Position numbers and translations under genes: made by a program. Source: the human T2T-CHM13v2.0 reference genome, Homo sapiens. From it: a stretch of DNA of 64,000 nucleotides. This document shows positions 1-13,500 of the stretch, one piece after another. Positions within the stretch are counted from its first letter, which is position 1. Every line of letters starts with the position of its first letter. The notes beneath the pieces were generated by a model that ran no database searches, had not been told where the DNA came from, and saw only the letters and a program-made list of their open reading frames with translations. The stretch lies in the NCBI RefSeq assembly GCF_009914755.1, contig NC_060933.1; one strand, given 5' to 3'.

Positions 1-783
1 TGGAATGGAATCGAATGGAATGCAATGGAATGGAATGGAATCAACCCGAGTGCAGGGGAATGTAATGGAACGGAATGCAATGGAATGGAATCATCCGGAA
101 TGGAATGGAATGGAATGGAATGGAATGGAATGGAATGGAATGGAATCAACCCGAGTGCAATGGAATGGAGTGGAATGGAATGGAATGGAACGGAACAACC
201 CGAATGGAATGGAATGTAATGGAGAGTAAGGGAGTTGAATAGAATCAATCCGAATGTAATGGAATGGAACGGAATGGAATGCAATGGAATGGAATCAACC
301 CGAGTACAATGGAACGGAATGGAATGGAATGTAATGGAATGGAATGGAATGGAATGGAATGCAATGGAATCAACCCGAGTTCAATGGAATGGAGAGGAAT
401 GGAATGGAATGGAATGGAAACTTCCCGAATGAAATGGAATGTAATGGAGTGTAAGGGAATTGAATAGAATCAATCCGAATGTAATGGAATGGAATGGAAT
501 GGAATGGAATGGAATGGAATGGAATGCAATGGAATGGAATCAACCCGAGTGCAATCGAATGGAATCGAATGGAATGGAATGCAATGGAATGGATTCAACT
601 TGAATGGAATGGAAAGAATGCAATCAACACGAGTGGAATGGCATGGATTGGAATGGAATGGAATGGAATCAACCCGAGTACAGGGGAATGGAATGGAATG
701 GAATGCAATGGAATGGAATCATCCGTAATGGAATGGAAAGGAATGGAATGGAATGGAATGGAATGGAATGGAATGGAATCAAC

Positions 784-797
784 TCGATTGCAATCGA
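784..797. other. 14-bp perfect palindrome TCGATTGCAATCGA (representative; about 30 copies)
   Basis: The word is self-reverse-complementary and recurs at e.g. 5539, 11749, 13562, 17044, 24691, 30475, 46348, 56601 and 61880. Confidence 0.85.
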
Positions 798-985
798 ATG
801 GAATGGAATGGAATTAACCCGAATAGAATGGAATGGAATGGAATGGAACGGAACGGAATGCAATGGAATGGAATGGAATGGAATGGAATGGAACGGAATG
901 GAAGGGAATGGAATGGAATAGAATGGAATGGAATGCAATCAACGCGAGTGCAGGGGAATGGAATGGAATGGAATGCAATGGAATG

Positions 986-998
986 GAATCTTCCGGAA
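986..998. promoter_or_regulatory. Perfect 3-unit heat shock element GAA-TC-TTC-CG-GAA (representative; about 48 copies between 986 and 63197)
   Basis: GAATCTTCCGGAA fits nGAAnnTTCnnGAAn exactly. It recurs at e.g. 1814, 3166, 9720, 13749, 17271, 24913, 30662, 37428, 46575, 55430 and 63185. Confidence 0.6.
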
Positions 999-1390
999 TG
1001 GAATGGAATGGAATGGAATGGAATCAACCCGAGTGCAATGGAATGGAGTGGAATGGAATGGAATGGAATGGAACAACCCGAATGGAATGGAATGTAATGG
1101 AGAGTAAGGGAGTTGAATAGAATCAATCCGAATGTAATGGAATGGAATGGAACGGAATGGAATTTAATGTAATGGAATGGAATGCATTGGAATGGAATCA
1201 ACCCGAGTGCAATGGAATGGAGAGGAATGGAATGGAATGGAATGGAAGCTACCCGAATGGAATGGAATGTAATGGAGTGTAAGGGAATTGAATAGAATCA
1301 ATCCGAATGTAATGGAATGGAATGGAACGGAATGGAATGGAATGGAATGGAATGGAATGGAATGGAATGGAATGGAATGCAATGGAATGG

Positions 1391-1545
1391 AATCAACCCG
1401 AGTGCAATCGAATGGAATCGAATGGAATGGAATGCAATGGAATGGATTCAACTTGAATGGAATGGAAAGAATGGAATCAACACGAGTGGAATGGCATGGA
1501 TTGGAATGGAATGGAATGGAATCAACCCGAGTACAGGGGAATGGA
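1391..1545 (+). repeat. pHuR98-like Sat III module (representative copy; about 40 full or partial copies in the window), suggesting the chr9q12-type (HSat3B) subfamily
   Basis: The sequence reads AATCAACCCGAGTGCAATCGAATGGAATCGAA...GGATTCAACTTGAATGGAATGGAAAGAATGGAATCAACACGAGTGGAATGGCATGGATTGG...CAACCCGAGTACAGG. This matches from memory the pHuR98 clone and the common SatIII primer AATCAACCCGAGTGCAATCG. I did not check it against a database. Confidence 0.7.
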
Positions 1546-4500
1546 ATGGAATGGAATGCATTGGAATGGAATCATCCGTAATGGAATGGAAAGGAAAGGA
1601 ATGGAATGGAATGGAATGGAATCAACTCGATTGCAATCGCACGGAATGGAATGGAATTAACCCGAATAGAATGGAATGGAATGGAATGGAACGGAACGGA
1701 ATGGAATGGAATGGAATGGAATGGAATGGAACGGAACGGAATGGAATGGAATGGAATGGAATGGAATCAACGCGAGTGCAGGGGAATGGAATGGAATGGA
1801 ATGCAATGGAATGGAATCTTCCGGAATGGAATGGAATGGAATGGAATGGAATGAAATGCAATGGATTCAACTCGATTGCAATGGAATGGAATAGAATGGA
1901 ATGGAATGGAATGGAATGGGATTAACCCGAATAAAATGGAATGGAATGGGATGGAACGGAATGGAACGGAATGGAATGGAATGGAATGGAATGGAATGGT
2001 ATGGAATGGAATGGAATGGTACGGAATAGAATGGAATGGAACGAATTGTAATGGAATGGAATTGAATGGAATGGAATGGAATGGAATGGAATCAACGCGA
2101 GTGCAGGGGAATGTAATGGAACGGAATGCAATGGAATGGAATCATCCGGAATGGAATGGAATGGAATGGAATGGAATGGAATGGAATCAACCCGAGTGCA
2201 ATGGAATGGAGTGGAATGGAATGGAATGGAATGGAACAACCCGAATGGAATGGAATGAAATGGAGAGTAAGGGAGTTGAATAGAATCAATCCGAATGTAA
2301 TGGAATGGAATGCAACGGAATGGAATGGAATGGAATGGAATGGAATGGAATGCAATGGAATGGAATCAACCCGAGTACAATGGAATGGAATGGAATGGAT
2401 TGGAAAACCTTCAAACCGAATGGAATGGAAAGGAATGGAATCAAAACGAGTGGAATGGAATGGAATGGAATGGAATGGAATGGCATGGAATGGAATGGAA
2501 TGATACGGAATAGAATGGAATGGAACGAAATGGAATGGAATGGAATGGAATGGAATGGAATGGAATGGAATGGAATCGTTCCGAGTGGAATAGGAGGAAA
2601 GTATTCGAGTGGAATGGAAAGGAATGGAATCAACCAGAGTAGAATGGAAGGGAATGGAATGGAATGGAAACTAATAGAATGGAATCAACCCGAGTGGAAT
2701 GGAATGGAAAGGACTGGAATAGAAAGGAATGGAATGGAATGGAATGGAATGGAATGGAATGGAATGGAATCAACGCGAGTGCAGGGGAATGGAATGGAAT
2801 CGAATGGAAAGGAATGGAATGGAATCAACCCGAGTGCAGGGGAATGTAATGGAACGGAATGCAATGGAATGGAATCATCCGGAATGGAATGGAATGGAAT
2901 CAACCCGAGTGCAACGGAATGGAGTGGAATGGAATGGAATGGAATGGAACAACCCGAATGGAATGGAATGTAATGGAGAGTAAGGGAGTTGAATAGAATC
3001 AATCCGAATATAATGGAAAGGAATGGAACGGAATGGAATGGAATGGAATGGAAAGGAATGGAATGGAATGGAAAGCAACAGAATGGAATCTACCCGAGTA
3101 CAATGGAATGGAATGGAATGGAATGGAATGGAATGGAATGGAATGGAATGGAATGCAATGGACTGGAATCTTCCGGAATGGAATGGAATGGAATGGAATG
3201 GAATGGAATGGAATCGAATGGAATGGAATGCAATGGATTCAACTCGATTGCAATGGAATGGAATAGAATGGAATGGAATGGAATGGAATGGAATTAAACC
3301 GAATAGAATGGAATGGAATGGAATGGAACGGAACAGAACTGAACGGAACGGAACGGAGTGGAATGGAAAGGAATGGAATTGTATGGAATGGAATTGCATG
3401 GTATGGAATAGAATGGAATGGAAAGAATTGGAATGGAATGGAATCGAATGGAATGGAATGGAATGGAATGGAATCAACCCGAGTGTATGGGAATGTAATG
3501 GAATGGAATGCAATGGAATGGAATCATCCGAAATGGAATGGAATGGAATGGAATGGAATGGAATGGAATGGAATGGAATCAACCCGAGTGCAATGGAATG
3601 GAGTGGAAAGGAATGGAATGGAATGGAACAACCCGAATGGAATGGAATGTAATGGAGACTAAGAGAATTGAGTAGAATCAATCCGAAAGTAATGGAATGG
3701 AATGGAACGGAATGGAATTGAATGGAATGGAATGGAATGCAATGGAATGGAATCAACCCGAGTGCAATGGAATGGAGAGGAATGGAATGGAATGGAATGG
3801 AAAATACCCGAATGGAATGAAATGTAATGGAGTGTAAGGGAATTGAATAGAATCAATCCGAATGTAATGGAATGCAATGCAACGTAATGGAATGGAATGG
3901 AATGGAATGGAATGCAATGGAATTGAATCAACCCGAGTACAATGGAATGGAATGGAATGGAATGGAATGGAATGGAATGGAATGGAATGGAATGGAATGA
4001 TACGGAATAGAATGGAATGGAACGAAATGGAATGGAATGGAATGGAATGGAATGGAATGGAATGGAATGCAATGGAATCGTTCTGAGTGGAATAGGAGGG
4101 AATGTATTCGAGTGTAGTGGAAAGGAATGATATCAACCAGAGTGGAATGCAAGGGAATGGAATGGAATGGAAACTAATAGAATGGAATCAACCCGAGTGG
4201 AATGGAATGGAAAGGACTGGAATGGAATGGAATGGAATGGAATCAACTCGATTGTAATGGAATGGAATGGAATGGAATGGAATGGAATGGAATTAACCCG
4301 AATAAAATGAAATGGAATGGAATGGAACGGAATGGAGTGGAATGGAATGGAATCAACCCAATGCAGGAGAATGGAATGGAAAGGAATTCAATGGAATGGA
4401 ATCATCCGGAATGGAATGGAATGCAAAGCAATGGAATCAACACGATTGCAATGGAATGGAATGGAATGGAAAGGAATACATTGGAATCAACCCGAGTGGA

Positions 4501-6639
4501 ATGGAATGGAAAGGACTAGAATGGAGTGGAATGGAATGGAATGGAATGGAATGGAATCAAATCGATTGGAATGGAAGGGAATGGAATGGAATGGAATTAA
4601 CCCGAACAGAATGGAATGGAATGGAATGGAACGGAACGGAATGGAATGGAATGGAATGGAATGGAATCAACCCGACTGCAGGGGAATGGAATGGAATGGA
4701 ATGCAATGGAATGGAATCTTCTGGAATGGAATGGAATGGAATGGAATGGAATGAAATGCAATGGATTCAACGCGAGTGCAATGGAATGGAGTGGAATGGA
4801 ATGGAATGGAATGGAACAACCCGAATGGAATGGAATGTAATGGAGAGTAAGGGAGTTGAATAGAATCAATCCGAATGTAATGGAATGGAACGGAATGGAA
4901 TGGAATGGAATGGAATGGAATGGAATGCAATGGAATGGAATCAACCCGAGTACAATGGAACGGAATGGAATGGAATGTAATGTAATGGAAGGGAATGGAA
5001 TGGAATGGAATGGAATGGAATGCAATGGAATGGAAGCAACCCGAGTGCAATCGAATGGAATCGAATGGAATGGAATGCAATGGAATGGATTCAACTTGAA
5101 TGGAATGGAAAGAATGGAATCAACACGAGTGGAATGGCATGGATTTGAATGGAATGGAATGGAATCAACCCGAGTACAGGGGAATGGAATGGAATGGAAT
5201 GCAATGGAATGGAATCATCCGTAATGGAATGGAAAGGAATGGAATGGAATGGAATGGAATGGAATGGAATGCAATGGAATGGAATCAACCCGAGTGCAAT
5301 CGAATGGAATCGAATGGAATGGAATGCAATGGAATGGATTCAACTTGAATGGAATGGAAAGAATGGAAACAACACGAGTGGAATGGCATGGATTGGAATG
5401 GAATGGAATGAAATCAACCCGAGTATAGGGGAATGGAATGGAATGGAATGCAATGGAATGGAATCATCAGTAATGGAATGGAAAGGAATGGAAAGGACTG
5501 GAATGGAATGGAATGGAATGGAATGGAATGGAATCAAATCGATTGCAATCGAATGGAATGGAATGGAATTAACCCGAATATAATGGAATGGAATGGAATG
5601 CAACGGAACGGAATGGAATGGAATGGAATGGAATGGAACGGAAAGGAATGGAATGGAATGGAATGGAATGGAATGGAATGGAATGGAATGGAATCAACGC
5701 GAGTGCAGGGGAAAGGAATGGAATCGAATGGAATGGAAAGGAATGGAATGGAATGAACCCGAGTGCAGGCGAATGTAATGGAACGGAATGCAATGGAATT
5801 GAATCATCCGGAATGGAATGGAATGGAATGGGATGGAATCAACCCGAGTGCAATGGAATGGAGTGGAATGGAATGGAATGGAATGGAACAACCCGAATGG
5901 AATGGAATGGAATGTAATGGAGAGTAAGGGAGTTGAAAAGAATCAATCCGAATGTAATGGAATGGAATGGAACGGAATGGAATGGAATGGAATGGAATGG
6001 AATGGAATGCAATGGAATGGAATCAACCCGAGTACAATGGAATGGAACGGAATGGAATGGAATGGAATGGAATGGAATGGAATGCAATGGAATGGAAACT
6101 TCCGGAATGGAATGGAATGGAAAGGAATGGAATGGAATGGAATGGAATGCTATGGATTCAACTCGATTGCAATGGAATGGAATAGAATGGAATGGAATGG
6201 AATGGAATGGAATGGAATTAAACCGAATAGAATGGAATGGAATGGAAAGGAATGGAACAGAACGGATCGGAACGGAACGGAGTGGAATGGAATGGAATGG
6301 AATTGTATGGAATGGAATGGAATGGTACGGAATAGAATGGAATGGAAAGAATTGGAATGGAATGGAATCGAGTGGAAGGGAATGGAATGGAATGGAATCA
6401 ACCCGAGTTCAGGGGAATGTAATGGAACGGAATGCAATGGAATGGAACATCCGGAATGGAATGGAATGGAATGGAGTGGAATGGAATCAACCCGAGCACA
6501 ATGGAATGGAGTGGAATGGAATGGAATGGAATGGAACAACCCGAATGGAATGGAATGTAATGGATAGTAAGGGAGTTGAATAGAATCAATCCGAATGTAA
6601 AGGAATGGAACGGAATGGAATGGAATGGAATGGAATGGA

Positions 6640-8505
6640 ATGGAATGGAATGGAATGGAATGCAATGGAATGGAATCAACCCGAGTAAAATGGAACGGAA
6701 TGGAAAGGAATGTAATGGAATGGAATGGAATGGAATGGAATGGAATCAACCCGAGTGCAATGGAATGGAGAGGAATGGAATGGAATGGAATGGAAACTAC
6801 CCGAATGGAATGGAATGTAATGGAGTGTAAGGGAATTGAATAGAATCAATCCGAATGGAATGGAATGCAATGGAACAGAATGTAATGTAATGGAATGGAA
6901 TGGAATCAACCCGAGTGCAGGGGAATGGAATGGAATGGAATGGAATGGAATGGAATGCAATGGAATGGAATCAACCCGAGTGCAATTGAATGGAATCGAA
7001 TGGAATGGAATGCAATGGAATGGATTCAACTTGAATGGAATGGAAAGAATGGAATCAACACGAGTGGAATGGCATGGATTGGAATGGAATGGAATGGAAT
7101 CAACCCGAGTACAGGGGAATGGAATGGAATGGAATGCAATGGAATGGAACCATCCGTAATGGAATGGAAAGGAATGGAATGGAATGGAATGGAATGGAAT
7201 CAACTCGATTGCAACCGAATGGAATGGAATGGAATTAACCCGAATAGAATGGAATGGAATGGAATGGAACGGAACGGAATGGAATGGAATGGAATAGAAT
7301 GGAATAGAACGGAACGGAATGGATTGGAATGGAATGGAATGGAATGGAATGGAATGGAATGGAATCAACGCGAGTGCATGGGAATGGAATGGAATGGAAT
7401 GCAATGGAATGGAATGTTCCGGAATGGAATGGAATGGAATGGAATGAAATGCAATGGATTCAACTCGATTGCAATGGAATGGAATAGAATGGAATGGAAT
7501 GGAATGGAATGGAATGGAATGGAATTAACCCGAATAGAATGGAATGGAATGGAATGGAACGGAATGGAACCGAATGGAATGGAATGGAATGGAATGCAAT
7601 GGAATGGAATCAACCCGAGTAAAATGGAACGGAATGGAAAGGAATGTAATGGAATGGAATGGAATGGAATGGAATGGAATCAACCCGAGTGCAATGGAAT
7701 GGAGAGGAATGGAATGGAATGGAATGGAAACTACCCGAATGGAATGGAATGTAATGGAGTGTAAGGGAATTGAATAGAATCAATCCGAATGGAATGGAAT
7801 GGAATGGAACAGAATGTAATGTAATGGAATGGAATGGAATCAACCCGAGTGCAGGGGAATGGAATGGAATGGAATGGAATGGAATGGAATGCAATGGAAT
7901 GGAATCAATCCGAGTGCAATTGAATGGAATCAAATGGAATGGAATGCAATGGAATGGATTCAACTTGAATGGAATGGAAAGAATGGAATCAACACGAGTG
8001 GAATGGCATGGATTGGAATGGAATGGAATGGAATCAACCCGAGTACAGGGGAATGGAATGGAATGGAATGCAATGGAATGGAATCATCCGTAATGGAATG
8101 GAAAGGAATGGAATGGAATGGAATGGAATGGAATCAACTCGATTGCAACCGAATGGAATGGAATGGAATTAACCCGAATAGAATGGAATGGAATGGAATG
8201 GAACGGAACGGAATGGAATGGAATGGAATAGAATGGAATAGAACGGAACGGAATGGAATGGAATGGAATGGAATGGAATGGAATGGAATGGAATGGAATC
8301 AACGCGAGTGCATGGGAATGGAATGGAATGGAATGCAATGGAATGGAATGTTCCGGAATGGAATGGAATGGAATGGAATGAAATGCAATGGATTCAACTC
8401 GATTGCAATGGAATGGAATAGAATGGAATGGAATGGAATGGAATGGAATTAACCCGAATAGAATGGAATGGAATGGAATGGAACGGAATGGAACCGAATG
8501 GAATG
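6640..8505 (+). repeat. Tandem duplication, unit ~934 bp (about 6640-7575 and 7575-8505)
   Basis: Private variants repeat at +934: CCGAGTAAAA (6681/7615), GCAACCGAAT, GAGTGCATGGG and GAATGTTCCGG (7412/8346). ORF-track pairs 6836/7770 and 7035/7969 agree. Confidence 0.9.
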
Positions 8506-10319
8506 GAATGGAATGGAATGGAATGGTATGGAATGGAGTGGAATGGTACGGAATAGAATGGAATGGAACGAATTGTAATGGAATGGAATGGAATGGAATG
8601 GAATGGAATGGAATGGAATGGAATCAACGCGAGTGCAGGGGAATGGAATGGAATCGAATGGAATGGAATGGAATGGAATGGAATCAACCCGAGTGCAGGG
8701 AAATGTAATGGAACGGAATGCAATGGAATGGAATCATACGGAATGGAATGGAATGGAATGGAATGGAATCAACCTGAGTGCAGTGGAATGGAGTGGAATG
8801 GAATGGAATGGAATGGAACAACCCGAATGGAATGGAATGTAATGGAGAGTAAGGGAGTTGAATAGAATCAATCCGAATGTAATGGAATGGAATGCAACGG
8901 AATGGAATCGAATGGAATTGAATGGAATGGAATGAAATGGAATGATACGGAATAGAATGGAATGGAACGAAATGGAATGGAATGGAATGGAATGGAATGG
9001 AATGGAATGGAATGGAATGGAATGGAAACAAATAGAATGGAATCAACCCCAGTGGAATGGAACGGAAAGGACTGGAATGGAATGGAATGGAATGGAATGG
9101 AATGGAATGGAATCAACTCGATTGTAATGGAATGGAATGGAATGGAATGGAATGGAATGGAATTAACCCGAATACAATGGAATGGAATGGAATGGAACGG
9201 AATGGAGTGGAATGGAATGGAATCAACGCGAGTGCAGGGGAATGGATTGGAATGGAATGCAATGGAATGGAATCATCCGGAATGGAATGGAATGGAATGG
9301 AATGCAAAGCAATGGAATCAACTCGATTGTAATGGAATGGAATGGAATGGAAAGGAATAGAATGGAATCAACCCGAGTGTAATGGAATGGAAAGGACTGG
9401 AATGGAGTGGAATGGAATGGAATGGAATGGAATGGAATCAACTCGATTGGAATGGAATGGAATGGAATGGAATGGAATGGAATGGAATGGAATTAACCCG
9501 AATAGAATGGAATGGAATGGAATGGAATCAACTCGATTGCAATGGAATGGAATGGAATGGAATGGAATCGAATGGAATGGAATGGAATTAACAGGAATAG
9601 AAAGCAATGGAAAGGAATGGAACGGAATGGAATGGAATGGAATGGAATTGAATGGAATGGAATGGAATGGAATCAACCCGAGTGCAGGGGAATTGAATGG
9701 AATGGAATGCAATGGAATGGAATCTTCCGGAATGGAATGGAATGGAATGGAATGGAATGGAATGGAATGAAATGCAATGGATTCAACTCGATTGCAATGG
9801 AATGGAATAGAATGGAATGGAATGGAATGGAATGGAATTAACCCGAATAGAATGGAATGGAATGGAATGGAAAAGAATGGAACGGAATGGAATGGAATGG
9901 AATGGAATGGAATGGTACGGAATAGAATGGAATGGAACGAATTGTAATGGAATGGAATTGAATGGAATGCAATGGAATGGAATGCAATCAACGCGAGTGC
10001 AGGGGAATGTAATGGAACGGAATGCAATGGAATGGAATCATCCGGAATGGAATGGAATGGAATGGAATGGAATGGAATCAACCCGAGTGCAACGGAATGC
10101 AGTGGAATGGAATGGAATGGAATGGAACAACCCGAATGGAATGGAATGTAATGGAGAGTAAGGGAGTTGAAGAGAATCAATCCGAATGTAATGGAATGGA
10201 ATGCAACGGAATGGAATGGAATGGAATGCAATGGAATGGAATGGAATGGAATGCAAAGGAATGGAATCAACCGGAGTGGAATGGCATGGAATGTAATGCA
10301 ATGGAATGGAATGGAATCG

Positions 10320-10580
10320 AATGGAATCAACTCGAGTGGAAAGGAATGGAATGGAATGGAAAGGAATGGAATGAAATCAACTCGAGTGCAATGGAATGGA
10401 ATGGAATGGATTGGAATGGATTGCAACGGAATGAAATGGAATGGAACGGAATGGAATCAATCATTCCTAGTGGAATGGAAGGGAATGTAATGGAGTGGAA
10501 AGATGGGAATGGAATCAACCCGATTGGAATGCAAGGCAATGGAATGGAATGGAAAGGAATGGAATGCAATCAACTCGATT
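10320..10580 (+). repeat. Rare 'XhoI/TCAATCATTCC' module (representative of 10 copies)
   Basis: CAACTCGAGT x2, then TCAATCATTCC..GTAATGGAGTGGAAAGA..GCAAGGCAAT. Core positions: 10457, 26418, 27681, 41090, 49276, 50534, 57629, 58681, 59964, 63932. Confidence 0.85.
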
Positions 10581-13500
10581 GCAATGGAATGGAATGGAAT
10601 GGAATTGAATGGAATGGAATTAACCGGAATAGAATGGAATGCAATGGAGTGGAACGGAATGGAATGGAATGGAAGGTAATGGAATCAACACGAGTGCAGG
10701 GGAATGGAATGGAATCGAATGCAATGGAATGGAATCATCCGGAATGGAATGGAATGGAATGGAATCAATTCCATTGCAATGGAATGGAATGGAATGGAAT
10801 GGAATAGAATGGAATGGAATTAACCCGAATAGAATGGAATGCAATAGAATGGAATGGAACGGAACCGAATGGAGTGGAATGGAATGGAATGGAATCAACC
10901 TGAGTGCAGGGGAATGGAATGGAATGGAATGCAATGGAATGGAATCATCCGGAATGGAATGGAATGGAATGGAATGGAATCAAACCGAGTGCAATGGAAT
11001 GGAGTGAAATGGAATGGAATGGAATGGAAACAACCAGAATGGATTGGAATATAATGGAGTGTAAGGGAATTGAATAGAGTCAATCTGAATGTAATGAAAT
11101 GTAATCGAACGGAATGGAATGGAATGGAATGGAATGGAATGGAATCAACGCGAGTGCAGGGGAATGGAATGTAATGGAATGTAATGGAATGGAATCTTCC
11201 GGAATGGAATGGAATGGAATGGAATCAACCCGAGTGCAGGGGTATGTAATGGAACGGAATGAAATGGAATGGAATTAAATGGAATGGAATAATCCGGAAT
11301 GGAATAGAATGGAATGGAATGGAATCAACCCGAGTGCAATGGAATGGAGAGTAATGGAATGGAATGGAGTGGAAACTACCCGAATGGAATGGAATGTAAT
11401 GGAGTGTAAGGGAATTGAATAGAATCAATCCGAATGTAATGGAATGGAATGGAACGGAATGGAATGTAATGGAATGGAATGGAATGGAATGGAATGCAAT
11501 GGAATGGAATCAACCCGAGTGCAATCGAATGGAATCGAATGGAATGGAATGCAATGGAATGGATTCAACTTGAATGGAATGGAAAGAATGGAATCAACAC
11601 GAATGGAAGGGCATGGATTGGAATGCAATGGAATGGAATCAACCCGAGTACAGGGGAATGGAATGGAATGGAATGCAATGGAATGGAATCATCCGTAATG
11701 GAATGGAAAGGAATGGAATGGAATGGAATGGAATGGAATGGAATCAACTCGATTGCAATCGAATGGAATGGAATGGAATTCACCCGAATAGAATGGAATG
11801 GAATGGAATGGAACGGAACGGAATGGAATGAAATGGAGTGGAATGGAATGGAACGGAACGGAATGGAATGGAATTGAATGGAATGGAATGGAATGTAATG
11901 GAATCAACGCGAGTGCAGGGGAATGGAATGGAATAGAAGGCAATGGAATGGAATCTTCCGGAATGTAATGGAATGGAATGGAATGGAATGAAATGCAATG
12001 GATTCAACTCGATTGCAATGGAATGGAATAGAATGGAATGGAATGGAATGGAATGGAATGGAATTAACCCGAATAAAATGGAATGGAATGGAATGGAATG
12101 GATCGGAATGGAACGGAATGGAATGGAATGGAATGGAATGCAATGGTATGGAATGGAATGGAATGGTACGGAATAGAATGGAATAGAACGAATTGTAATG
12201 GAATGGAATTGAATGGAATGGAATGGAATCGAATGGAATCAACGCGAGAGCAGGGGAATGTAATGGAACGGAATGCAATGGAATGGAATCATCCGGAATG
12301 GAATGGAATGGAATGGAATGGAATGGAATCAACCCGAGTGCAATGGAATGGAGTGGAATGCAATGGAATGGAATGGAACAACCCGAATGGAATGGAATGT
12401 AATGGAGAGTAAGGGAGTTGAATAGAACCAATCCGAATGTAATGGAATGGAATGCAACGGAATGGAATGGAATGGAATGGAATGGAATGCAATGGAATGG
12501 AATCAACCCGAGTACAATGGAATGGAATGGAATGGAAGGGAATGGAATGGAATGGAATGGAATGGAATGCCTTCATACCGAATTGAATGGAAAGGAATGG
12601 AATCAACAGGAGTGGAATGGAATGGAATGGAATGGAATGGAATGGAATGGAATGGAATGATACGGAATAGAACGGAATGGAAAGAAATGGAATGGAATGG
12701 AATGGAATGGAATGGAATGGAATGGAATGGAATCGTTCCGAGTGGAATAGGAGGGAATGTATTCGAGTGGAATGGAAAGTAATGGAATCAACCAGAGTGG
12801 AATGGAAGGGAATGGAATGGAATAGAAACTAATAGAAAGGAATCAACCCGAGTGGAATTGAATGGAAAGGACTCCAATGGAAAGGAATGGAATGGAAAGG
12901 AATGGAATGGAATGGAATGGAATGGAATGGAATGGAATGGAATGGAATCAACGCGAGTGCAGGGGAATGGAATGGAATCGAATGGAATGGAATGGAATGG
13001 AATGGAATCAACGCGAGTGTAGGGGAATGGAATGGAATCGAATGGAATGGAATGGAATGGAATGGAATCAACCCGAGTGCAGGGGAATGTAATGGAACGG
13101 AATGCAATGGAATGGAATCTTCTGGAATGGAATGGAATGGAATGGAATGGAATGGAATAAACCCGAGTGCAATGGAATGGAGTGGAATGGAATGGAATGG
13201 AATGGAAACTACCCGAATGGAATGGAATGTAATGGAGTGTAAGGGAATTGAATAGAATCAATCCGAATGTAATGGAATGGAATGGAAGGGAATGGAATGG
13301 AATGGAATGGAATGGAATGCAATGGAATGGAATCAACCTGAGTGCAATCGAATGGAATCGAATGGAATGGAATGCAATGGAATGGATTCAACTTGAATGG
13401 AATGGAAAGAATGGAGTCAACACGAGTGGAATGGCATGGATTGGAATGGAATGGAATGGAATCAACCCGAGTACAGAGGAATGGAATGGAATGGAATGCA

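Noticed and set aside
51-60. G-quadruplex potential at GCAGGGG words
   Set aside because: G-runs of three or more are isolated and far apart, so there is no four-tract cluster.
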